From Bacteroidaceae bacterium (lineage in GTDB: Bacteria; Bacteroidota; Bacteroidia; Bacteroidales; Bacteroidaceae), in NCBI GenBank assembly GCA_017614465.1, contig JAGABW010000011.1, positions 253-64,252 of the forward strand: a stretch of 64,000 nucleotides of DNA. The letters are read 5' to 3'. Below, piece after piece: positions 35,285 to 46,280 of this stretch. Position 1 is the first letter of the stretch, and every line of letters starts with the position of its first letter. A program made the position numbers and the translations under genes. The notes below the pieces were generated by a model. The model was not told the DNA's origin. It ran no database searches and saw nothing but the letters and a program-made list of their open reading frames with translations.

Positions 35285-36553
35285 ATGAAACTTTTACTTT
35301 TAGGTAGCGGAGGCAGAGAGCATGCCTTAGCATGGAAGATTTCTCAAAGCAAGAAAATCGATCAGTTATTCATTGCACCAGGTAACGCTGGAACAAAAGC
35401 TGTTGGAACAAACGTTGACATCAAAGCAAACGATTTCGACAGCATCAAGCAGTTTGTAATCAAGGAAGGAATCAACATGGTTGTTGTCGGTCCTGAAGAT
35501 CCACTCGTAAACGGTATTTACGATTTCTTCAAGAACGACAGCGAATTAAAATCAATTCCAGTAATCGGACCATCTAAGCAGGGTGCTGTACTCGAAGGCT
35601 CAAAAGAATTTGCAAAACAATTCATGATGCGCCATAACATCCCAACTGCACGCTATCAGAGTTTCAACGGAGAGACACTTGAAGAAGGTTTGAAGTTCCT
35701 CGAGACACTCGAAGCTCCATATGTATTGAAAGCAGACGGACTTTGCGCAGGAAAAGGAGTACTTATACTTCCTACATTAGAAGAAGCAAAGAAAGAACTC
35801 AAAGAAATGCTCGGAGGTATGTTTGGCAATGCCAGCGCCACTGTAGTGATTGAAGAATTCCTTAGCGGAATAGAATGTTCTGTATTTGTGCTTACTGATG
35901 GTAAAAACTATAAGATTCTACCTGAAGCTAAAGACTACAAACGTATTGGAGAAGGCGACAAAGGTCTAAACACAGGCGGAATGGGTTCTGTAAGTCCTGT
36001 TCCATTTGCAACTAAGGAATGGATGCAGAAGGTTGAAGACCGCATCATACGTCCTACAGTTGAAGGTCTTGCTGAAGAAAATATCGACTACAAAGGCTTC
36101 ATCTTCTTCGGTTTGATTAACGTGAAAGGCGAACCAATGGTTATTGAATATAACGTAAGAATGGGAGACCCTGAGACAGAAAGCGTTATGCTTAGAATCA
36201 AAAGCGACTTGGTCGATCTGTTTGAAGGTGTAGCAGAAGGTAATCTCAACGAAAAGACATTGGAAATCGACGATCGTTCTGCTGTTTGCGTAATGCTTGT
36301 ATCTGGCGGTTATCCTGAAGCTTATGAAAAGGGATTCCCTATCACTGGCATAGACAAAGTAGAAGGCAGTATCGTGTTCCATGCAGGAACTAAAGAAAGC
36401 GACGGCAATGTTGTAACAGCAGGAGGACGTGTAATCGCAGTCAGCTCATACGGAAAAGACAAGGCTGAGGCTCTTCAGAAATCATTCACAGAAGCACAGA
36501 AGATTCAATTCGAGAAGAAATACTTCCGTCGTGATATCGGATTTGATTTATAA
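35285..36553 (+). CDS. purD: phosphoribosylamine--glycine ligase
   Basis: [18 protein letters not shown]... ATP-grasp fold. Confidence 0.95.
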   Translation: MKLLLLGSGGREHALAWKISQSKKIDQLFIAPGNAGTKAVGTNVDIKANDFDSIKQFVIKEGINMVVVGPEDPLVNGIYDFFKNDSELKSIPVIGPSKQGAVLEGSKEFAKQFMMRHNIPTARYQSFNGETLEEGLKFLETLEAPYVLKADGLCAGKGVLILPTLEEAKKELKEMLGGMFGNASATVVIEEFLSGIECSVFVLTDGKNYKILPEAKDYKRIGEGDKGLNTGGMGSVSPVPFATKEWMQKVEDRIIRPTVEGLAEENIDYKGFIFFGLINVKGEPMVIEYNVRMGDPETESVMLRIKSDLVDLFEGVAEGNLNEKTLEIDDRSAVCVMLVSGGYPEAYEKGFPITGIDKVEGSIVFHAGTKESDGNVVTAGGRVIAVSSYGKDKAEALQKSFTEAQKIQFEKKYFRRDIGFDL

Positions 36554-36576
36554 TCTCATCAAGAACAAGTAATCAT

Positions 36577-36631
36577 GGTTTCTTTTTATCAGGTGAAATA
36601 ACGATCCAGTTACGATAAAAAGAAACCTTTT
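36577..36631 (+). terminator. intrinsic terminator after purD
   Basis: Perfect 14-bp stem GGTTTCTTTTTATC/GATAAAAAGAAACC followed by TTTT. Confidence 0.75.
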
Positions 36632-36661
36632 ACTAAATAATTTCTCAGAAAACGTAAAATA

Positions 36662-37678
36662 ATGACATTTCAACGCACTCTTGCAATAACGCCGACATCA
36701 ATTCACACCATTGCCGTAATATTAACCATATTATGGATTATAACCGGATGTTTAGGTTCAGGACACTGCACCACTATCCCTAAAGAGGCATCTTCAATGA
36801 TGTTAAACGAACAAGGATGGTGGGTTTATCTCCCAATAGGAATACAACACGCAGGTTGGTTCAGTTCGTTGCTTGCGTTATTGTCGTATATCACGTCGTT
36901 ATACCTGATTGCAGAACTCAACATATCGCATATTCTACTAAGAATCAATTCGCGTATCTTCACCATCATCTTGGCGTTGTTGATAAGTGCATGCAGTTTT
37001 CTTCACTCGTTTACTCCAGGTACAATAATCATGTTATGTTGCATCTTGTCGTTTTTCAGCCTGTTCAACTCATATCAGGCAGAGAGGTCACCTGGGCATA
37101 ATTACATGACATTTATGTATCTCAGCATAGCTGCGTTGTTTTATCCCAAACTTCTGTGGCTTGCTCCTTTTTACTGGTTATCGATGTACATACTGCGAGC
37201 AATCAATCTAAAAAACGTGCTTGCATCAATATTAGGACTGATAACTCCAATATGGATTGTTGGTTCATTAGCCTTCTATTATGACCATACCCACGTTTTA
37301 CAGGGTATCTTAAAGCAATTCTACACATTCAACTGGGGAGGCTACACCCTTCTCTCATCAAGCCAGTGGATTATGATAATAGTCTCATTGGTGATGTTTC
37401 TAATCGGAACTGCCGACTTCTACGCAAGGATATATCTTGACAAAAACAAGACACGCAATCAATACTACAGCATAATACTGCTTGGATTCGCTTTATTCAC
37501 TCTTTTAATGATTCAACCTTGCGGCGTACAGTTTATACTGCCTGCAACACTCATTATCACATCAATAATGTTCGGGCATTACATCGTGAACGGAGAATCA
37601 TTTGTTTCAAACATAATTGTGTTATCGGTTTTAGTTATCCTTACTATCATGTATTTCCTTAATACATGGATTCTGTAA
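36662..37678 (+). CDS. hypothetical polytopic membrane protein
   Basis: 338 aa with about 9 predicted TM segments; no recognised motif. Confidence 0.6.
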   Translation: MTFQRTLAITPTSIHTIAVILTILWIITGCLGSGHCTTIPKEASSMMLNEQGWWVYLPIGIQHAGWFSSLLALLSYITSLYLIAELNISHILLRINSRIFTIILALLISACSFLHSFTPGTIIMLCCILSFFSLFNSYQAERSPGHNYMTFMYLSIAALFYPKLLWLAPFYWLSMYILRAINLKNVLASILGLITPIWIVGSLAFYYDHTHVLQGILKQFYTFNWGGYTLLSSSQWIMIIVSLVMFLIGTADFYARIYLDKNKTRNQYYSIILLGFALFTLLMIQPCGVQFILPATLIITSIMFGHYIVNGESFVSNIIVLSVLVILTIMYFLNTWIL

Positions 37679-37690
37679 ATTCAATTATCC

Positions 37691-38149
37691 ATGGACGCAC
37701 TAAACGAAATTTTCATAGAATACGGATATCTGGGAATGGGAGTTGCCTCATTCCTTGCAGGCACATTCTTTCCATTCAGTAGCGAAGCTGTGATGTCGGT
37801 ATTATTGGTATCAAGCAATATGGATCCTGTATTGACAATTGCAAGCGGTACTATCGGAAATGTGTTAGGCTCTATGGTTAATTACTGGATTGGCACCATC
37901 GCATCACCTCAAACTATACGCAAATGGTTTAAGATTAAGGAAAAGAGAATGGAAATGGCTCAGCGATATGTATCACGCTACGGAGCATGGATGGGATTCT
38001 TCTCGTTTATCCCTATTCTGGGAACTGCCATATCTATTGCATTAGGTGTTCTGAGAGCAAATATCTGGGGAACATTCCTTTCTACATTCCTCGGCAAGTG
38101 CATAAGGTATATCGTAGTGGCATATAGTGTACTTGCTTTCAAGAGTTAA
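37691..38149 (+). CDS. YqaA/DedA-like (SNARE-associated) membrane protein
   Basis: GYLGMGVASFLAGTFFPFSSEAV N-terminus typical of the YqaA family. Confidence 0.7.
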   Translation: MDALNEIFIEYGYLGMGVASFLAGTFFPFSSEAVMSVLLVSSNMDPVLTIASGTIGNVLGSMVNYWIGTIASPQTIRKWFKIKEKRMEMAQRYVSRYGAWMGFFSFIPILGTAISIALGVLRANIWGTFLSTFLGKCIRYIVVAYSVLAFKS

Positions 38150-38186
38150 AACCGAAACATAAACACAAACAAATAACATACAAGAT

Positions 38187-38699
38187 ATGACTCAACTGAT
38201 ATTGCTTAGACACGGAGAAACGATAGAGAACACAAAACATATACTGCAAGGCTTGATGCCTGGCAACCTAACCGATAACGGCAAAAAACAAGCTGACGAA
38301 ATCGGTGAGAAGCTTAAGGCATATAAGGGACATATAGACTCTATCATATGCAGCGATATCAAACGATGCGTGGACACAGCAGATATCGTAAACCACCACC
38401 TCAATCTTAATATCACGTATTCACACCTGTTAAGAGAAAGAGATTGGGGTTCTGCAACTGGTATGATTGTGGACGGAACAACCAGAATACGTATTCCTGA
38501 CGATGCCGAAACTGTAGATATGATGAAAAAACGTGCAAATGAGTTTCTCGACTTTGTCAGAAACAACCACGACGGACAATGTATTCTCGCCATAAGTCAC
38601 GGTTTATTCTGCCGTTGCCTACAAGCTGTACACAAAGGAGTGGAACTGGCTGATATAGAACGAATGTATAACGGTGAAATCCGCGAATTATCACTCTGA
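38187..38699 (+). CDS. histidine phosphatase family protein
   Basis: LLRHGET catalytic RHG motif and a downstream SHG. Confidence 0.8.
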   Translation: MTQLILLRHGETIENTKHILQGLMPGNLTDNGKKQADEIGEKLKAYKGHIDSIICSDIKRCVDTADIVNHHLNLNITYSHLLRERDWGSATGMIVDGTTRIRIPDDAETVDMMKKRANEFLDFVRNNHDGQCILAISHGLFCRCLQAVHKGVELADIERMYNGEIRELSL

Positions 38700-38712
38700 T
38701 AAATCTATATAC

Positions 38713-39948
38713 ATGAACAAAACAGACGAATTCATATTATCTCACAGAAACGAAGATGTCAGACAACTTGCACTGAAATACATCAACAACAAAGACATAG
38801 ACATACATTATGCCTTAACTCAAATCAGTGCATGGCAGAAAGCACGCATCAAACTTCCTCTATGGGCACAGAAAGATGACATCATTTACCCAGAGCATCT
38901 ACCCATGGAACAGTGTTCTTCGCAAGCCACTGCCGAATATAAACTTGAAATCGTCAAGAGTTTATGTAAACAAGAGAATATGATTGATCTAACTGCAGGA
39001 TTCGGAGTTGACTGCAGCATCATAGGACAATGGTTCAAACATATCACCGCAATCGATAGAAATGAGGAACTATGCAAACTGCTACTTCACAACCTGCCTG
39101 TCATGGGATGCGACAACATCTCTGTTATAAACGAAGATTGTGAACAATACCTCACCTCACTTAACAACAAAGAGGAAAAACCACATTTCAACTTACTTTT
39201 TATCGATCCTGCACGACGCGATAAGAACGGGAACAAGACGTTCCTCATAAATGACTGTTCGCCAGATGTATGTCTTTTAAACGACATCATGCTTGAGATT
39301 GCCGATATTGTAATGATAAAACTATCACCTATGTTGGATCTCACATCAATTGAAAGTTCCTTAAAAGGTATATATAACATACATGTGGTTAGCGTGAACA
39401 ATGAATGTAAAGAGATTTTAATCGTATTAAAATCCGACTTAAAAGAACAATCGTCTTCTCCTGAAATAGTTTGCGTAAATACCACAAAACAAAGAACTGA
39501 GACATTTAAATTCACAAAAGCAGAGGAAGCCACAGCAGTAAACACATTCTTTGACTATAATAAGGATATTACAAACGACTTCACAAACAACACATTATAC
39601 CTATACGAGCCAAATGCTTCTATAATGAAAAGCGGTGCCTATAAGACTACCGCAACTAAGTTTGGACTTGAGAAAATCCAACAGAATTCACATCTGTATA
39701 TATCTAAGAATAAAGTCGAAAACTTTCCAGGACGACAATTTAAGATTGTTGATATAATCCAACTCAACAAAGAAGGAATAAAGAAAATCAAGAACTATAA
39801 ACAGGCAAATCTTACTACAAGAAACTTTCCACAATCGGTTAATGAACTACGCAAGAAACTCAACTTGCGCGATGGCGGCAACACATATATGTTTGCCACA
39901 ACAATGAACAACAACCTTCACTACATGATAGTTGGAGAAAAAGAATAG
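38713..39948 (+). CDS. class I SAM-dependent methyltransferase (THUMP-like C-terminal region)
   Basis: DLTAGFGVDC SAM-binding motif and FIDPARR. ATG at 38713 is preferred over the upstream track start. Confidence 0.7.
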   Translation: MNKTDEFILSHRNEDVRQLALKYINNKDIDIHYALTQISAWQKARIKLPLWAQKDDIIYPEHLPMEQCSSQATAEYKLEIVKSLCKQENMIDLTAGFGVDCSIIGQWFKHITAIDRNEELCKLLLHNLPVMGCDNISVINEDCEQYLTSLNNKEEKPHFNLLFIDPARRDKNGNKTFLINDCSPDVCLLNDIMLEIADIVMIKLSPMLDLTSIESSLKGIYNIHVVSVNNECKEILIVLKSDLKEQSSSPEIVCVNTTKQRTETFKFTKAEEATAVNTFFDYNKDITNDFTNNTLYLYEPNASIMKSGAYKTTATKFGLEKIQQNSHLYISKNKVENFPGRQFKIVDIIQLNKEGIKKIKNYKQANLTTRNFPQSVNELRKKLNLRDGGNTYMFATTMNNNLHYMIVGEKE

Positions 39949-40126
39949 TCCTTTACACACAATCACCGAATATCTCAAAAATTGTTTTTCTATAATTGCA
40001 ACCTCATAAAGCAATTATAGGAAATATGCTATAAATATCTGAAATCCACGCCTTTATCAGGGACAAATATTAGCGGACATTATAAGAGGGATTTCGCAGA
40101 ACAAGCAATCATATATAACTGCGAGC

Positions 40127-40176
40127 AAAAAAAAGATGTGCCGACGCGGTCAGAATCACTTCTTTTTGGTCGGCAC
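40127..40176 (-). terminator. intrinsic terminator after gyrB
   Basis: Stem GTGCCGAC/GTCGGCAC followed on the minus strand by TTTTTTTT. Confidence 0.65.
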
Positions 40177-40221
40177 GAGAATATATGTAAGAATTGAATG
40201 AAATGTCAATTTACATAACTA

Positions 40222-42198
40222 TTACGCATCTACATTTGCGTAAGTAGCGTTTCTTTCGATGAATTCACGACGTGGTGGAACGTCATCACCCATCAACATT
40301 GAGAATATATAATCTGCTTCAGCAGCATCCTCTATTGTTACTTGTTTCAAAAGACGAGTTTCAGGATTCATGGTTGTTTCCCAAAGTTGTTCTGGGTTCA
40401 TTTCACCAAGACCTTTATATCGTTGAGTCTTAACGCTTCCTTCTGTTCCATCGCCATAAGTATCGATAAAACGGAGACGAGCTTGTTCGTCGTAGCAATA
40501 TTCGCTCACTTTACCTTTTGTACACTTGTAAAGAGGTGGTGTAGCGATATAAAGACGACCATCGCGAATCAGTTGAGGCATATAACGGAAGAAGAGTGTT
40601 AACAGAAGTGTGTCGATATGTGAACCATCGACATCGGCATCGGTCATGATAATTGTCTTGTAGTAACGCAATTTATCATAATTTGCAGCCTTTCCGTCTG
40701 TCTCGTCCAATCCGAAACGTACACCTAATGCCTGAATTATATTGTTTACCTCTTCGTGTTCAAAAGCTTTATGCCACATCACACGTTCTACGTTGAAGAT
40801 CTTTCCACGAATAGGAAGAATTGCCTGGAAATGGCGGTCACGACCTTGTTTTGCAGAACCACCCGCAGAATCACCCTCGACAATAAACATCTCGCAGTTA
40901 GCAGGATCTTTGTCTGAGCAGTCGGCCAACTTACCAGGAAGTCCGCCACCTGTCATAGGGCTCTTACGTTGAACGTTTTCACGAGCCTTGCGCGCAGCCA
41001 CACGTGCTGTTGCAGCCAAAGCCACCTTATCAACGATCAACTTAGCCTCTTTTGGATGTTCCTCAAGATAATATGTTAAAGCCTCACCTACAGCCTGTTG
41101 AACAGCGCCAGCCACTTCATTGTTTCCAAGTTTTGTCTTAGTCTGTCCTTCGAACTGAGGTTCTGCAACCTTTACAGAAACTACAGCAGTCAATCCTTCG
41201 CGGAAGTCCTCACCGCTAATTTCCACATGTTGCTTAGCTAATTTCTCAACAATCTTGTTGTCTTCTGCATATTTCTTCAATACACGAGTCAAGGCTGTAC
41301 GGAAACCAGTAAGGTGTGTACCACCTTCAATTGTATTGATATTATTTACATATGAATGAAGATTCTCACTATATGATGTGTTATACATGATTGCAGCCTC
41401 GATTGGCACGTCGTTCTTCTCAGTATTGATATAGATTACATCATTGAAAAGATGTGTACGAGTAGAATCGATATATTTCACGAAATCTCGCAAACCGCCT
41501 TCACTGTAGAAGACATCCTTACGAACACCGTCAATTCCGGCAGCTGCATTTACATCAAGACGTAAGTCAGTAAGTGTGATTGTTATTCCTGCATTCAGAT
41601 ATGCTAATTCTCGCATACGATTAGCAAGAATGTCATATCTGTATATCTGTGTGATAAAAATGCTTCCGTCTGGCCAGAATTGCTGACGAGTACCACGAGC
41701 ATCTGTCTCACCTACTTGTTTAACATCATAAAGAGGTTTACCACAACTATATTCTTGTTGATAGATCTTACCATCGCGGAACACTTGAGATATCATCTTA
41801 GTTGACAATGCATTCACACAACTAACACCTACTCCGTGAAGACCTCCGGACACTTTGTATGAACCTTTATCAAATTTACCACCAGCATGAAGAACGGTCA
41901 TTACCACCTCAAGGGCAGATCTGTGCTCTTTTTCATGCATATCAACAGGAATACCACGTCCATTATCTTGTACTGTTATAGAGTTGTCTTCATTTATAGT
42001 AACGTCTATATGTGTACAATAACCAGCGAGTGCTTCGTCGATGGAGTTATCCACAACTTCGTACACAAGATGATGTAGTCCTTTTTCGCTGATATCCCCT
42101 ATATACATAGCAGGACGCTTTCTTACAGCCTCAAGACCTTCAAGTACCTGAATATTACTTGCAGAGTATTGCTCTCCGCTCATGATGTTTTCGTTCAT
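40222..42198 (-). CDS. gyrB: DNA gyrase subunit B
   Basis: IQVLEGLEAVRKRPAMYIGD plus GHKL ATPase, Toprim and tail regions. The track start at 42210 is TTG; the ATG at 42198 is used here. Confidence 0.95.
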   Translation of the reverse strand: MNENIMSGEQYSASNIQVLEGLEAVRKRPAMYIGDISEKGLHHLVYEVVDNSIDEALAGYCTHIDVTINEDNSITVQDNGRGIPVDMHEKEHRSALEVVMTVLHAGGKFDKGSYKVSGGLHGVGVSCVNALSTKMISQVFRDGKIYQQEYSCGKPLYDVKQVGETDARGTRQQFWPDGSIFITQIYRYDILANRMRELAYLNAGITITLTDLRLDVNAAAGIDGVRKDVFYSEGGLRDFVKYIDSTRTHLFNDVIYINTEKNDVPIEAAIMYNTSYSENLHSYVNNINTIEGGTHLTGFRTALTRVLKKYAEDNKIVEKLAKQHVEISGEDFREGLTAVVSVKVAEPQFEGQTKTKLGNNEVAGAVQQAVGEALTYYLEEHPKEAKLIVDKVALAATARVAARKARENVQRKSPMTGGGLPGKLADCSDKDPANCEMFIVEGDSAGGSAKQGRDRHFQAILPIRGKIFNVERVMWHKAFEHEEVNNIIQALGVRFGLDETDGKAANYDKLRYYKTIIMTDADVDGSHIDTLLLTLFFRYMPQLIRDGRLYIATPPLYKCTKGKVSEYCYDEQARLRFIDTYGDGTEGSVKTQRYKGLGEMNPEQLWETTMNPETRLLKQVTIEDAAEADYIFSMLMGDDVPPRREFIERNATYANVDA

Positions 42199-42382
42199 TG
42201 TTAGTTTCAATCACATTTTACGTTACAAATTTACGATTTTTTTTTTAATCCACGAAACTTTCATACATATTTTTAGGTACTTTTTTTATTTTATTTTTTC
42301 CTTCTTTTTCGTTAGTTTTTCAAGTAGATTATTGACGTGGGATTTACATGCTGCGCAACAGATCAGAACAATCCAAAAGAAC

Positions 42383-42415
42383 AAAAAAAAGAGACATCCT
42401 CTAAGAGAATGTCTC
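42383..42415 (-). terminator. intrinsic terminator after rpsT
   Basis: Stem GAGACAT/ATGTCTC followed on the minus strand by T8. Confidence 0.7.
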
Positions 42416-42453
42416 GATATATCCATTAATAAATTATCGCAAATTTCCAATCA

Positions 42454-42708
42454 TTAAGCAAGCTTTGCAATGTGCTTCATTACGCCTGACTTAAGGTTAG
42501 CAGCTTTCTTCCAATGGATGATGTTTTGCTTAGCTAATTTATCTAACATCTTTTGAACCTTTGGATACATCTCCAATGCTGCAGACTTATCTTTTTCTGC
42601 ACGGAGATCACGAAGTGCGTTACGCATAGTCTTTGCGTAGTAACGATTGTGCAGACGACGAGTTTCTGTCTGACGAATACGCTTGATTGTTGATTTGTGA
42701 TTTGCCAT
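42454..42708 (-). CDS. rpsT: 30S ribosomal protein S20
   Basis: [24 protein letters not shown]. Confidence 0.95.
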   Translation of the reverse strand: MANHKSTIKRIRQTETRRLHNRYYAKTMRNALRDLRAEKDKSAALEMYPKVQKMLDKLAKQNIIHWKKAANLKSGVMKHIAKLA

Positions 42709-42806
42709 TATTTAATTTTTCTTTTTTTCTTTAATTAGAGGCCCAATGTTTTGTGTTGTGCCAAATCTTTCAATTCTTAATTTATTAATTGATCTTTCAA
42801 TTGAAG

Positions 42807-42878
42807 TAGTCCCTAGCAGAATCGAACTGCTCTTTAGAGAATGAAAATCTCTCGTCCTAACCGATAGACGAAGGGACC
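42807..42878 (-). tRNA. tRNA-Glu (anticodon UUC)
   Basis: Hand-folded cloverleaf. Acceptor GGTCCCT/AGGGACT (first pair G-U), D arm GTCT/GGAC, anticodon stem AGAGA/TCTCT with loop TTTTCAT, T arm AGCAG-TTCGATT-CTGCT. No CCA is encoded. Confidence 0.9.
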
Positions 42879-42927
42879 AGCCTCGGGCTTGCGCCTAGCA
42901 AAACCACTCCTTTGTGATTTGCGGATG

Positions 42928-42935
42928 CAAAGGTA
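42928..42935 (-). promoter_or_regulatory. -7 box TACCTTTG upstream of tRNA-Glu
   Basis: TAnnTTTG match about 50 nt upstream of the tRNA 5' end. Confidence 0.5.
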
Positions 42936-43010
42936 GAACTTTTATTTGTACCGACAAAATTTTTTACAAACTTTTTTCAAAAAAAAGGCAAAAAAGTTCA
43001 ATATCTTTCG

Positions 43011-43018
43011 TATTTTTG
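43011..43018 (+). promoter_or_regulatory. -7 box TATTTTTG upstream of recO
   Basis: TAnnTTTG match 62 nt upstream of the ATG. Confidence 0.45.
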
Positions 43019-43079
43019 CATCAAAGTAGGGGTTAAACAACAAAAAACGGGCTTTTTTGACATCAAATAAAGGTACATA

Positions 43080-43808
43080 ATGGAAAGAATAAAAGGGATA
43101 ATTTTACGGCAAATTAAATACAATGACAACGGTATTATTGTTGATTTATTCACAAAACAGCATGGACGGATGCCAATAAATATAAAAAGAAGAAAGAAAG
43201 TTTCTGGTAAAAATTCGTCTAATGTAAGAAACATCATGCCTCTTGCATTAGTTGAATTTGATTGTGACATCCACGGACAAGAACGAATTGTTACCCCTCA
43301 CACATTATATAATTATTATTGTTTCCATGACATACCTTTCAATCCGCTAAAATCGACAATTGTTATGTTCATTGCCGAATTTCTTTCCAACGCATTAACC
43401 GAGGAAGGCCCTAACACCTTATTATATGACTATGTGGAGAGTTCTATTAAATGGCTTGACTGCTGCGAACAGACTTTCAACAACTTTCATATTGTTTTCC
43501 TTACTCGTCTAAGTATTTTTACCGGCATATATCCCAATGCTGAGAAAACAAACAACAATCTGTATTTTGACCTAATTGCTGGAGAATATAAAGAAAACAG
43601 ACCAAACCACCCTCATTTCTTAGCGCAGGACGAGGCTTGTGCAATTCCTTATATCTTAAATATGAATATCGACAACATGCACCTATATAATATAAGGAGA
43701 GAACAACGCCAGCGTATTCTTGAGATTATAATAGAATACTACAGAATACATTTGTCGGGATTTAGAGAATTAAAATCTCTTGATGTCCTAAGAGAGGTTT
43801 TCGATTAA
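43080..43808 (+). CDS. recO: DNA repair protein RecO
   Basis: GIILRQIKYNDNGIIVDLFTKQHGRM OB-fold N-terminus; 242 aa. Confidence 0.85.
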   Translation: MERIKGIILRQIKYNDNGIIVDLFTKQHGRMPINIKRRKKVSGKNSSNVRNIMPLALVEFDCDIHGQERIVTPHTLYNYYCFHDIPFNPLKSTIVMFIAEFLSNALTEEGPNTLLYDYVESSIKWLDCCEQTFNNFHIVFLTRLSIFTGIYPNAEKTNNNLYFDLIAGEYKENRPNHPHFLAQDEACAIPYILNMNIDNMHLYNIRREQRQRILEIIIEYYRIHLSGFRELKSLDVLREVFD

Positions 43809-43821
43809 TCGACTTACTTTC

Positions 43822-45507
43822 TCATCTTATCAGCACTTTTTTACGACCGATAATATTTATTCCACGTTCGGGGCGATTGAGTTTTTGACCATAAATATTG
43901 TAACTAACAGCATCTGACGGATTGGCACCAGACCATTCATCTATCGATGTTTCAGATATCTGATTAAAACCATTTCCACCCATAAACGTAAAAGAGATGA
44001 GTCCGTCATCGGATTCTGTTATGTTTTCGATTGATTTACCCATAAAACTACGGTTATCCACATTTGGATTAAACAAAGATGCAGATGGTATGCTTTCGTC
44101 TGTCAACGCATGATTACCCGAAAGTCCTGGATACACATCCCCACTAACCCCGTAAGAAGAAGGGTTGTAATTATTATCTGCAGGGATAACGGACAGTCTC
44201 ATATGGTCAACTTCGGTGTTTATCTGATTATCCGACCATGCCTGTTGGTTGTAATCCACATGAAGCACCAGCAAACCAGAAGCAAGTGCGTAGGTGTTCC
44301 AACCATCTTTCTGAATATTCTGAAGGATATAATATTCATCCCTACATGCGTCATTATATATAATATAGGCATCGTCGGACTGTTCTATTGACCTCATTCC
44401 ATTTACCTCACAAGGAGAATTAAGTTCCGTTGGAGTCAACCAACCGAGATACATCTTCTCATATGCTGTATATCCGGCAGGCACACTTCCTGAGTAGTTT
44501 GACGGTCCATTATAGCATCCATAATGCATAATACTCCACTCTTGCATACCATAAGACTGATCTGCGAGTGTATCGTAAAAGTCGGGCATTCCCAAAGTAT
44601 GACTAAACTCATGCACCACACAACCGATGCCGTCCCTCATATCCTTATTATGATCATATAACTCAGCGCTGCACGCATATTCTAATATCCGCACTCCATC
44701 TTTCCACGGAACTTTACCTGTTGCCGACCATAAATTCCAACTATGCGGCCATATTGTATAATCTGGAGCACCAGAAGCCTCACTTCCACCTGCATATATA
44801 ATATACACACTTTCAACCACCCCATCGCCATCCCAATCATACTTTCTATAATCTACGTCGGGATCCGCCAGATTGATTACCTCCTTTACCATTTCCACAA
44901 CATTTTCGTCTTCATCGGAACTGGAATTCGCGCCATAGTAACTTAAATCCTTACTCACCTCATAAGGGCCAAACACATCAAAGCCAAGACTCAAAGCACC
45001 ATTACTCTGATCATAGAAATAATCACTCACACTTCCTTGATGACCATTATAATCATAGCCTTTTTTATTAAACATATCATCAAAGTCATCTCGCGTGTTG
45101 GTTGGTTTCATTTTCACATCCGCAAAATTCACAAGTAGAACAAGACCTCGTTTTTCTTCTTTCTTTGCCTTGGTTTTCATCTTCGATGTCTTCAGCGGCA
45201 AAGCAGACTTGGCTTTCATCTCGTTAAACGCCTGTTTCTTCGCATTTCCTCGTTCCTGCATATCCTGCTCCTCCGCCTCTGTTGCCATACGATATAGGCC
45301 GGATGCCTCTCTAACCAGTGTTTTTCCGTCGAGAGTAGTATAATAATGTAAGAATTCATCGCCACACAATATTGCATCAATATTATTTCCGTCAACAAAA
45401 GGCAACGAAACAACTGTCCTACGTGCAGGAATAGCATATGTCGCAACGGACATCATGGCAAACAGCACATAAAAACATAATCTTGTTATTTTACACCAAA
45501 CCCTCAT
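43822..45507 (-). CDS. M6-family (immune inhibitor A-like) zinc metalloprotease with T9SS C-terminal sorting domain
   Basis: HEFSHTLGMPDFYD zinc motif, a signal peptide, and a C-terminus YNIYGQKLNRPERGINIIGRKKVLIR resembling Por/T9SS CTDs. Confidence 0.8.
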   Translation of the reverse strand: MRVWCKITRLCFYVLFAMMSVATYAIPARRTVVSLPFVDGNNIDAILCGDEFLHYYTTLDGKTLVREASGLYRMATEAEEQDMQERGNAKKQAFNEMKAKSALPLKTSKMKTKAKKEEKRGLVLLVNFADVKMKPTNTRDDFDDMFNKKGYDYNGHQGSVSDYFYDQSNGALSLGFDVFGPYEVSKDLSYYGANSSSDEDENVVEMVKEVINLADPDVDYRKYDWDGDGVVESVYIIYAGGSEASGAPDYTIWPHSWNLWSATGKVPWKDGVRILEYACSAELYDHNKDMRDGIGCVVHEFSHTLGMPDFYDTLADQSYGMQEWSIMHYGCYNGPSNYSGSVPAGYTAYEKMYLGWLTPTELNSPCEVNGMRSIEQSDDAYIIYNDACRDEYYILQNIQKDGWNTYALASGLLVLHVDYNQQAWSDNQINTEVDHMRLSVIPADNNYNPSSYGVSGDVYPGLSGNHALTDESIPSASLFNPNVDNRSFMGKSIENITESDDGLISFTFMGGNGFNQISETSIDEWSGANPSDAVSYNIYGQKLNRPERGINIIGRKKVLIR

Positions 45508-46280
45508 TTTGCTTTTACATAAAAAGTTCTACCTTCTCTATCAAATTCGATATTGTCGTTTACGATATGCCGAGCGATTATGCCCGAATCACATAGTTGC
45601 GCAGGATCACCAACAATCAATTTGCCGTCATCCTCTATCATCCATATATTATCGGCAATCTGCAATGCTATATCTATATCATGAATCGACAATAATATCG
45701 TTTTGTTCATTTCATGAGCCAGCTTACGCAAGAGTAACACCACCGCCACTTTATTAGGATAATAAAGGAAGGCCGTTGGTTCATCCAACAATATGACAGG
45801 CGTCTGCTGAGCAATTGCCTTTGCAATCATGACCTTCTGACGTTCACCATCGCTTAGGGCGTCTATCATGTGTGACGCAAGATGTTTCACACCGACCATT
45901 TCCAAACAATCATCAACAATCTGTCTGTCACGCGCATTCAGATAGCCCCAGAAACCAGTGTAAGGCATACGTCCCATCGAAACGACATCGAAAACCGAAA
46001 GATTATGTATTGAAGAATTATCTGTCAACACAATACTTATCAGTCTGGATAATTCCGAAGCCGAGAAATCATCTAAGTTTCTTCCATCAATAAGAATCTC
46101 ACCATCAAGTTTGGGCATGAAAGAGGCAATAGTACGAAGAAGAGTTGATTTACCAGACCCATTAGGTCCAATCAGGCAAGTCAATTCCCCTTTTTTCAAT
46201 TCTGCATTCAAATCATTCCCCACAATCTTCTCATGTCCTGAAACGTGATATCCGGTTTTTAGATTCTTTATTTCAATCAT
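45504..46280 (-). CDS. ABC transporter ATP-binding protein (FepC/BtuD-like), no permease nearby
   Basis: Walker A GPNGSGKST, signature LSDGERQKV, Walker B ILLDEPT. Its TGA overlaps the ATG of the protease gene (ATGA). Confidence 0.85.
   Translation of the reverse strand: MIEIKNLKTGYHVSGHEKIVGNDLNAELKKGELTCLIGPNGSGKSTLLRTIASFMPKLDGEILIDGRNLDDFSASELSRLISIVLTDNSSIHNLSVFDVVSMGRMPYTGFWGYLNARDRQIVDDCLEMVGVKHLASHMIDALSDGERQKVMIAKAIAQQTPVILLDEPTAFLYYPNKVAVVLLLRKLAHEMNKTILLSIHDIDIALQIADNIWMIEDDGKLIVGDPAQLCDSGIIARHIVNDNIEFDREGRTFYVKAK

Noticed and set aside
42182-43270. ORFs 42182..42457 (+) and 42998..43270 (-)
   Set aside because: They lie in promoter, terminator and tRNA-containing intergenic DNA or overlap recO. 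Their translations are low-complexity and Phe/Ile-rich, with no support.
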